A stretch of DNA of 41,038 nucleotides from an uncultured Gammaproteobacteria bacterium (GTDB lineage Bacteria; Pseudomonadota; Gammaproteobacteria; CAWJPQ01). Shown one piece after another: positions 10,265 through 17,948 of the stretch. Both the position numbers and the translations under genes were made by a program. Location: assembly GCA_964463055.1 (NCBI GenBank), contig CAYXAX010000004.1:1-41038 (forward strand). Reading direction: 5' to 3'. The notes beneath the pieces were generated by a model. It worked only from the letters and a program-made list of their open reading frames with translations. It was not told the DNA's origin and searched no databases. The number at the start of each line of letters is the position of its first letter. Position 1 is the first letter of the stretch.

Positions 10265-10437
10265 TTAATAACATTATAAAGTCATTCTAATTTGTGCTGG
10301 ATTGATTGGGCCGTGGTGGTCCGGACGAAGGGTCTGGAGGGGATGTTATAGCGGTCGATGTATGAATCGATGCGTTAAATCAGTTCCCGCACCGTTTTAA
10401 ATGAATTCTGCCAAGAACCTAATACTGCACTGAAAAA

Positions 10438-12552
10438 ATGATATTGCAGCGTTCACAATTCGTTCATCAATTACCCGTCGGTGAAGGTCGCATCCTGATC
10501 ATACACGCGATTACTCACTTTCGCCTGCCGGTGGACAACGATCTCAATCTTCTGGTGAATTATTTCGCCGTTCCACGCCGCGTACCGGACGACTGCGCCG
10601 CGCTGACCGAGCTGTTGCCCTTTGCCCCTGAAGTAATTCAGGACGCGCTTAAGGCGTTGCTCGAACGCGGAATACTCACCGAAAAATCACCGGAACAGGA
10701 ACTCGCCGACATCAGCGCCGAGCTTGCCCCCATGCACGGGCGCGACCCCGGCGAGATACTCGAGCTTTACCGCCGTAAGATGAGGGAAGGCGCCGCTCCT
10801 TACTGGTCCGTCGAGACGGCTTACGGCGCGGGTGATTTTGGCGCCGCTGGAACACGGATTGATGTGCTTTTATTCGGCGATTGCGATATCCAGATGGAGG
10901 CGGATTTCCTGCGGCGCGAAGCCGCCCAACGCGGCATTGACCTGCACGTTTCCACTACCTTTCCCGACGATTTTCGTTTTGCCAGCGACCACAAACATGA
11001 TGCCATTATAATCGGCGCCTTGCGCGCGCGCAGTACCATCGCCGAACAATCCTCGCCGGAACAAGGCCCGCATTCGCTATATATCGCCCAAGTTCAACAC
11101 CTGCTGCAGCAACTGCGGGAACGAAGCGACGCGCCAATCCTGATCGATAACCTGCCTGAGCCGACCGTGCAGCCTTTGGGGCTGGCGGAACGGGGTGCCG
11201 CCGGGCATCGCAGCCGCTTCCGTCTGGCCAACGTCACACTCGCCGAACTGGTATCCAAAATACCCGACGTCCACGTCGTCGACGTTGCGGCGGCACTGAA
11301 CGCCATTGGCTTGGAACGGATGCTCGATGATGGGCTGTTGGGATTTACGCATTTCGGTTCAATCGGCTGGCTGCTGCAACGGCCGGAAAGCGAGATGGCG
11401 GCGGTGCACGGCATTTTTCCCGACACGGCCCCGTTACTGCAAACAGTCGACGGTGATCCTTACGGACGAGAGAAGGCGCTTGCCGTTACGCATATCGATG
11501 CGTTGATCTCAGCCTTGGGCATAGGGCAAAAGAAATGTGTAATCGTTGACCTCGACGGTACCCTGTGGCCGGGCGTGCTGGCCGAAACCGGCAGCCCCTT
11601 CGCATGGACGCCGGAAATCAGCGGCGCATTTTCCTATATCGGTCTCTATTTTGGTTTGCACGAGGCGCTGTTGTGCCTCAAGAAGCGTGGAATCCTGTTG
11701 GCCTGCGCGAGTAAAAACGATGAAGCTACGGTACGCGAATTGTGGCGTTATCCCGATAACTACCCACGCAACCGCCTGCTGACGCCAGACGACTTTGTGA
11801 CCTGGCGCATCAATTGGAACGATAAGGTCGGAAATATTCGTTCGATTGCCGATGAACTCGGCCTCGCCCTGGATTCATTCCTCTATATAGATGATCATCC
11901 TGTCGAACGCGACCGCGTACGCCAGCGCTTGCCCGAAGTGGAAGTATGGGGTGAAGATCCGTTCAGCCTGCGCCGCCGGCTCTTGAACGACCCGCGTCTG
12001 CAACCGACATCAATCACGGAAGAGGCCGCCGCCCGCAGCGTATTGGTCAAAGCGCAGCTGGACCGCCAGCACCTGCGCACCGAGATGATGGACGAATCCG
12101 ATTATATCGCGTCTCTGCAGATACGCTGTCGCTTTGATACGTTGGACTCCGCATCGACGCGCCTTGCGCGGGTCGAAGAACTTTTCCGGCGCACGACCCA
12201 ATTCAATACCACCGGCAGGAAATTTTCTTTGGAGCAATTGAAGGATCTCGCCGGCAATCCGTCCGCGGCGGTATTTACCCTCGAGGTTTCCGATCGTTTC
12301 GGCGACCACGGCCTCGTGGGCGCTGCGATATTGTCCGCCGGCGAGATTCTTGGCCTGGCAATAAGCTGCCGCGTCCTGGGCATGGGCGTCGAGCATCAAT
12401 TCCTTCACTATATCCTTGCCGAAGCGAAAAAATCGCTTTCCGAGATTAAAGGGCAAATTATATCCACGCCGCGCAATATTCCCGTACGCAATATATATCG
12501 CGACAACGGTTTCTCGGAAAAAGAGCCGGGATTATGGGTGCATAGCTTCTGA
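10438..12552 (+). CDS. FkbH-like protein (HAD-IIIC phosphatase/glyceryl transferase) with extended N-terminus
   Basis: KKCVIVDLDGTLWPGV, ACASKND, INWNDK, YIDDHPVER, RTTQFNTT, DRFGDHGLVG, SCRVLG (conserved Cys). Confidence 0.9.
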   Translation: MILQRSQFVHQLPVGEGRILIIHAITHFRLPVDNDLNLLVNYFAVPRRVPDDCAALTELLPFAPEVIQDALKALLERGILTEKSPEQELADISAELAPMHGRDPGEILELYRRKMREGAAPYWSVETAYGAGDFGAAGTRIDVLLFGDCDIQMEADFLRREAAQRGIDLHVSTTFPDDFRFASDHKHDAIIIGALRARSTIAEQSSPEQGPHSLYIAQVQHLLQQLRERSDAPILIDNLPEPTVQPLGLAERGAAGHRSRFRLANVTLAELVSKIPDVHVVDVAAALNAIGLERMLDDGLLGFTHFGSIGWLLQRPESEMAAVHGIFPDTAPLLQTVDGDPYGREKALAVTHIDALISALGIGQKKCVIVDLDGTLWPGVLAETGSPFAWTPEISGAFSYIGLYFGLHEALLCLKKRGILLACASKNDEATVRELWRYPDNYPRNRLLTPDDFVTWRINWNDKVGNIRSIADELGLALDSFLYIDDHPVERDRVRQRLPEVEVWGEDPFSLRRRLLNDPRLQPTSITEEAAARSVLVKAQLDRQHLRTEMMDESDYIASLQIRCRFDTLDSASTRLARVEELFRRTTQFNTTGRKFSLEQLKDLAGNPSAAVFTLEVSDRFGDHGLVGAAILSAGEILGLAISCRVLGMGVEHQFLHYILAEAKKSLSEIKGQIISTPRNIPVRNIYRDNGFSEKEPGLWVHSF

Positions 12553-12717
12553 AATCGTGCCTTGCCGAAAGCCGGGTTATCGGAGGTCTTCGCGATTTTC
12601 CCGTGCGACCTCCCGGCGCCTATTCCTTCATGCCCGACTGGTTTCCGCCGGGAATGATAAAAACTATATGGTGAGTAAACGTCCCCCGTTACGTGATATT
12701 GACGTATATTCTTGTCG

Positions 12718-13164
12718 ATGATCATCAAAGAAGTCATTTTTGCCTCGGCGCAATACGAAGCAATGAAGCGCTTCCGTGAGGATACTTTGAGAATACCTTT
12801 GGGCCTGACGCTAAACGACGACGACTTAAGAGATGAATACACGCAAACTCACATAGCCGCTATACATGATGATGGGGAGATAATCGGCACGGTGTTGCTC
12901 AAGCCCCTTTCTCAAGGCCGCGTGAAGCTGAGGCAAATGGCTGTTTCGCCTATATTGCAACGCAACGGCATCGGACAAAAACTCGTTCAGTTCGCGGAGG
13001 AGACCGCCAGCACCCTGGGATTTGATGCTATTGAGCTGCATGCCCGAATTCACGCGCAGGCATTTTATGAGAAGCTTGGTTACGCGGCGGTTGGCGAAAG
13101 GTTTCTCGAGGTGACCCTGCCGACCATAAAAATGATCAAGCGGTTGGATTCATTCGCTCAATAG
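12718..13164 (+). CDS. GNAT family N-acetyltransferase
   Basis: LRQMAV...QRNGIGQKL acetyl-CoA motif, LHAR..AQAFYEKLGY. Confidence 0.9.
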   Translation: MIIKEVIFASAQYEAMKRFREDTLRIPLGLTLNDDDLRDEYTQTHIAAIHDDGEIIGTVLLKPLSQGRVKLRQMAVSPILQRNGIGQKLVQFAEETASTLGFDAIELHARIHAQAFYEKLGYAAVGERFLEVTLPTIKMIKRLDSFAQ

Positions 13165-13255
13165 ATGCATTCTGCGATTATGAAGTGGCCCCTGGAATTT
13201 GCACCGCTCTCGTTCCCAAACCGTGCGTTTGTCTCGCCCGCCTTTGAGGGGCGCG

Positions 13256-13750
13256 CTATTGTCCGGCCAGCTGGGGTGTGACGCTGAATTCTCCGAGCTT
13301 ACCAATCATGTGGTGGGCATCGATGTTGCAGAAGTACACGTAGTGTCCCGGGGCCAGTGTCACGACGAACTCACGGCGGCTGTCGGGTGCGAGGTCCTGG
13401 GTGGCCATGACCCTGAGGATATGCGGTGAGTCCCGGTCGATCTTACCTTCCATTTCCATGGGGAGTTTGTCGGGGGAGAGATCCGTGCGTACGAGAAAGA
13501 AATCATGGGGCATGTCCGAGGCGTCGTTTTTTACCACAAACCTCACCTCGCCCGTATGGATCTCGCCCGGAGAAAGCTGCGTCCCGAAGGCGCTCAAGGT
13601 GACGGTGACGGTCTGGTCGACCGGGGCGGTATAAACCACCAGGGGCGGCAGACACAGGGAAACGGCGATTATGAAGCTGGACAGACGCCTCGACAAACCG
13701 CTCGCTGTGGCGCGGGCAGCGAGGCTGTAGAGACGGCCAGGATGGAGCAT
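13256..13750 (-). CDS. Exported cupredoxin-fold protein (paralog A; axial Met position is Lys)
   Basis: PHDF...PGHYVYFCNIDAHHMIGK; hydrophobic N-terminal segment. Start uncertain (13750 to 13801). Confidence 0.75.
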   Translation of the reverse strand: MLHPGRLYSLAARATASGLSRRLSSFIIAVSLCLPPLVVYTAPVDQTVTVTLSAFGTQLSPGEIHTGEVRFVVKNDASDMPHDFFLVRTDLSPDKLPMEMEGKIDRDSPHILRVMATQDLAPDSRREFVVTLAPGHYVYFCNIDAHHMIGKLGEFSVTPQLAGQ

Positions 13751-14199
13751 CCCGATTGCTGAATTAAAGTGTGATGAGGCGGGGTGCGTCATGGGTACCA
13801 CCCATTTTCGATATCAATAGACCATGCACTATCGGAGTCCGATATAGATCTGATCTTCGGTGCCGGAAACCCGCCGCGCCCGGGGCTGGCGGCCGTCGTT
13901 CGGATCGGGCTATATCTCTATTATCCAGATGAAACTGAAGATAAGGTGAAGAAAATATTAAGTGTCGCTTACCGACGAGGGTGCGCATTTTTTGCTTGGC
14001 TATTCAATAAGGTGGAAAGCCATATGCTTTCAACGTAGTTTGACTGCGTCTAATTCAACGTCATGTTTCGGCACCGCCGCGCAGCGGGCGAGTCGATTTG
14101 TTGTGTTTGCGTCTGCTAACATTTGCCGCAGAGCTGTATCGTCGGATTCTTTTCGTCGTGCAGTCAATATCAGGCATCGGCGGGAGATCGATTGGTTCC

Positions 14200-15774
14200 A
14201 TGAATGAAAATACGTCTACACAAGCCAAGAAGGCGCAAGCCATGGCGTTGCTCAAAGAGCATCGGCTGGATGAGGCCAGAGACATATACGCGGAGCTTTG
14301 CAAGGCCAATCCCCAGGATGCGGAATCCTGGTTCAGGCTGGGCACCACCAACCTTGAGCGGTGTGCCTGGGACCATGCCGAAATCTGCTTCCACCACGTC
14401 ATTAATCTGCGGCCGCAGCTGGTCATCGCCTATTACAACCTGGGTCGGGCGCTTGAGCTGCAGGAAAAAGAGGATGAAGCCATAGCGGTTTACCGCAAGC
14501 TGCTTGATATAGGCCATCACAGCGAGGCCTACTGCAACATCGCCGCTATCTACGCCCACCAGGCGAGATTCAAGGAGGCTTTGGAAACGTATCTTCAAGC
14601 TCAGTCGGTAGACCCCGATAATCCAAGGCTGATTACCGGTGAAGCGGGCATTTATGAAAAACAGGGTGACTATGACAAGGCCTACGCGCGGATTCAACCC
14701 CTGCTGGCAGCGGGGCGGGGTACCCCGGAAGTCGCTGTTTTACTGGCGTCGCTGAGCCAGCATATCGACTGCCGGGCTCAAGCGATTGAGCTGCTTGAAG
14801 ACCTGGTTTCCCGCCCCGAGTTGGCAGGAAACAGGGATGTGCTGCTCCCGATGCATTTGTCCCTTGGCAGCCTGCTCGATGCCGCGGGTGAATACGATCG
14901 AGCCTTTCGTCATTTTCGCCTGGGCAATGAGATGACGCGCAGTTCTTTCGATATGCAAGTCCACACGGCGTTCATCGACAGTATCATGCAGATCTTCACC
15001 AAGGATTTCATGCGCGCCGCCCCGCGCGGCCGGGACCCCGGGGATCACCTGATATTCATCCTCGGTATGCCGCGTTCGGGTACCAGCCTCATAGAACAGA
15101 TCCTGGACAGCCACCCCCAGGTGGCCGGGTGCGGGGAATTAAAGGAAATCGGTGATATCGCCAGCAATTTGACCGACGCTCAGGGGACAAGATCGCCATA
15201 TCCGGGTGGCGCAGTATTTCTCACCGCGGAAAAGTGCGATCAACTGGCTCAAGCATACCTGCAATACATCAAAACGCTGTCCGGCAGCGCTGACTACGCA
15301 ACCGACAAGATGCCGCAGAATTTCATGTTGCTGGGTTTGATCGCACTGCTGTTTCCCGGTGCAAAGATTATTCACAGCGTGCGCGACGCGCTCGACACTT
15401 GCCTGTCTTGTTACTTTCAATATTTCCAGTTCCAGCATCAGAGCTTGGGTTTCAGCATCGATCTGAGCAGTCTGGGGGCCTACTATCGGCAATATCAGCG
15501 ACTCATGGCCCATTGGCGGACGGTGTTGGATATTGAAATACTTGATGTCCAGTATGAAACGCTGGTCGCCGATCAGGAGAGGATGACGCGACAGCTCCTG
15601 GAGTTCTGTGGATTGCCGTGGAACGATCAGTGTCTGAAATTCTATGACACCGGACGGGCGGTCACCACCGCCAGCTACAATCAGGTGCGCAAGCCTATGT
15701 ACCGCAAATCGATGCAGCGCTGGAAAAACTACGAGAAGCACCTCGAGCCCCTGAAAAAGGCATTGTTCGAGTAA
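14200..15774 (+). CDS. TPR-repeat sulfotransferase (paralog 2)
   Basis: Colinear with 8434-10020; LGMPRSGTSL, DKMPQN, RDALDTCLSCY, TASYNQVRKPMY. Start set at ATG 14200 by alignment of the KKAQA N-terminus. Confidence 0.9.
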   Translation: MNENTSTQAKKAQAMALLKEHRLDEARDIYAELCKANPQDAESWFRLGTTNLERCAWDHAEICFHHVINLRPQLVIAYYNLGRALELQEKEDEAIAVYRKLLDIGHHSEAYCNIAAIYAHQARFKEALETYLQAQSVDPDNPRLITGEAGIYEKQGDYDKAYARIQPLLAAGRGTPEVAVLLASLSQHIDCRAQAIELLEDLVSRPELAGNRDVLLPMHLSLGSLLDAAGEYDRAFRHFRLGNEMTRSSFDMQVHTAFIDSIMQIFTKDFMRAAPRGRDPGDHLIFILGMPRSGTSLIEQILDSHPQVAGCGELKEIGDIASNLTDAQGTRSPYPGGAVFLTAEKCDQLAQAYLQYIKTLSGSADYATDKMPQNFMLLGLIALLFPGAKIIHSVRDALDTCLSCYFQYFQFQHQSLGFSIDLSSLGAYYRQYQRLMAHWRTVLDIEILDVQYETLVADQERMTRQLLEFCGLPWNDQCLKFYDTGRAVTTASYNQVRKPMYRKSMQRWKNYEKHLEPLKKALFE

Positions 15775-16135
15775 AGCAATACAAGGACGGCACGGCAGGC
15801 GGTGTCAGCCTGTGACGTCTTCCCCGACCTGGCGTTCGACCTCTTCATCTCATCGCGGCACTGCAAACATATTCCCGGTGTATGCGCCACTCAACTGATA
15901 CGTATCCCGCTCGAACTCGGCAAACCACGCCCTCAACCAATTGAGGTTTGTCTATCGCCGCGCCCCCACTGCCAGCTGTTGGTTTCCAAGCCGATGGACT
16001 TGGTCTATACCCCACGGGCCGGGGCATGGACCCCACAAATATGGTATAATTTACTCCATAATCAAATGCTTATATCTAATAAGGCTCTTCCGGCGATTTT
16101 AAAAGTCTATGTTATCCAGCAGTGAGAGTGATCCC

Positions 16136-17128
16136 ATGAAAACCGAAGTGCAGCCATTTGACTGGCTGATCGCGCCCATTTCGTCCGAGCAATTTTTCGC
16201 CGAGTATTGGGAGCAGAAACCCGTGCATATCCGGCGCGGGAATCCTGAGTATTACAAGGACATTATCACCCAAGCGGACCTGGACAATCTTATTTCCAAT
16301 GGGGACTTGCGCTATCCCGCCTTGAGGCTGGTGCAGAAGGGAAACGATACCCCGCGCGAGACACCCTTCTATCCCGCCGAGGCATACACCGCCAATTGGA
16401 AGCATGGTACCAACGTTTATGCCGGCATGCCTGATGTCGACAAGATTTTTGCCGAATACCGCGCCGGCGCCAGTATTAATCTCCCCGGTTTGGAGCAGTT
16501 TTGGCGGCCGCTGTTGGACCTTTGCGTCGCGGTGGAGGGCTGTCTGAATCACGCCGTGCGTACCAACGGCTACATCACGTCGGCGAATTCCCAGGCCTTT
16601 GCCCTTCATTACGATTCCCATGATGTCTTTGTCATGCAAATCGCCGGTAAGAAACGCTGGCGTGTCTACGAACCGCTGTTGCCGCTGCCGCTGGTCAATC
16701 AGCCGTTCGCGGCGCAGCCGTATGCGCGGAATTTTACGCCTCCGTCGCCGCCCCTGATGGAGCCGGTCCTGGAACAGGGCGACATGCTGTATCTGCCCAG
16801 GGGATATATTCACGCGGCTACGACAATGGAGGGCTACTCCGCGCATGTTACCATCGGCGTCACCGTCTACACGTGGATGAACCTGCTCTTCGACGCGTTC
16901 ATGCCATGTATGGAGCGGGAGGAGTTTCGCCGGGCACTACCGCCCGGATTCGCCAACCGCACGGAAATGAAGGAAGTCATGCGGGAGACCCTTGGCGCGC
17001 TGATCAGCGAATATCAGCAGCACATTGATTATGACCGCCTCATCGACAACTTCATGCGACAAGTTACGGCCAACAAATTGCGCTCGAAGGGGACGTTTCA
17101 CTGTGACGTATCGGAGGCCCCTGAGTAA
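16136..17128 (+). CDS. JmjC/cupin_4 Fe(II)/2-oxoglutarate oxygenase (ROXA/NO66-like)
   Basis: FFAEYWEQKP, HYDSHDVFVMQIAGKKRW (HxD), GDMLYLPRGYIH (distal His), SAHVTIG. Confidence 0.88.
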   Translation: MKTEVQPFDWLIAPISSEQFFAEYWEQKPVHIRRGNPEYYKDIITQADLDNLISNGDLRYPALRLVQKGNDTPRETPFYPAEAYTANWKHGTNVYAGMPDVDKIFAEYRAGASINLPGLEQFWRPLLDLCVAVEGCLNHAVRTNGYITSANSQAFALHYDSHDVFVMQIAGKKRWRVYEPLLPLPLVNQPFAAQPYARNFTPPSPPLMEPVLEQGDMLYLPRGYIHAATTMEGYSAHVTIGVTVYTWMNLLFDAFMPCMEREEFRRALPPGFANRTEMKEVMRETLGALISEYQQHIDYDRLIDNFMRQVTANKLRSKGTFHCDVSEAPE

Positions 17129-17198
17129 GGTCCATTCACGGGTAAACGTATCACCACGGGTCGGGTCGGTAGCTGCGTGAATGTCCCCTGGGGGGACA
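17129..17198. repeat. Inverted repeat abutting the JmjC stop, plus adjacent GGGGACAC motif
   Basis: GGTCCATTCACG (17129-17140) pairs with CGTGAATGTCCC (17176-17187) at 10/12; GGGGGACACC follows at 17191. Confidence 0.5.
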
Positions 17199-17577
17199 CC
17201 CGCAGACGATGACCGCCGGTTTGCCACACTGGCGCCAATCACGGGCTAACGGCTGATGGGCCAGGGTCGTTATGTCGCAGACTTCACTTCTGATCCGCCG
17301 CGAAATCCACGAAAAGATATTGTCCGGGTTGAACTCGTCGCTGGGCAATCCGCGATTCTACCCGGTACAGGGCCTGCACAAAAGCGCTATCCCACCGCCG
17401 CCACCGCAACATGTATCTGGTGGATCTGGAACGAGAGTGCAACCACGCCTGGGAGGTATTTGACCCCGTTCACCACGGGGGCCCAGGTGCGGGTATGATC
17501 TGCGCGCCGCTCCCGCGGTTGCCGGGCAATTTTACAGATCATGGGGTCAGAATGCTTGACGATTCCTGACAAAGGAC

Positions 17578-17825
17578 TCACTGGCTCTGGCGGTTCTCGC
17601 CGTGAGCAAACTTCTGTACGCACAGATCACCCCCCAGCTGTTTGCCTGCGAATACACTTGTTGCCAATGATGTTGCCGCGTTCACTCGCCTCGCGAATGG
17701 GGCAGAGCTCATCGATATTTATGCGGGTCTAGTGAAGCGATCAATATGCCGTGGAGTTCAGCCTCCGTCTGGCTGAGCGCCTGAAGGAGCGCGTGTAGTA
17801 TGACCACTTCACTGGTTGTTGCCAT
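17578..17825 (-). pseudogene. Possible degenerate Roadblock/LC7 (MglB-like) gene
   Basis: MATTSEVVILHALLQALSQTEAELHGILIASLD, then in another frame AATSLATSVFAGKQLGGDLCVQKFAHGENR; resembles the Roadblock pattern by eye only. Confidence 0.3.
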
Positions 17826-17948
17826 TGCAGTTACCCAAAAACATGACCGGCGGTAGCTGTCAGACGCTTCCACCATACCGGCGGATTTCAAGTACACTGG
17901 CCATTTAGGTACACTAACGAAAGAGCGTGAAGGGCAGCGATCGCAATC

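Noticed and set aside
10040-10279. Short ORFs between sulfotransferase 1 and FkbH as possible precursor peptide or ACP
   Set aside because: No DSL-type phosphopantetheine motif, leader motif or convincing RBS.
15802-16125. ORFs and a minus-strand fragment (NWLRAWFAEFERDTYQLSGAYTGNMFAVPR) between sulfotransferase 2 and JmjC
   Set aside because: Could be a gene remnant, but it is preceded by an in-frame stop and I cannot assign a family.
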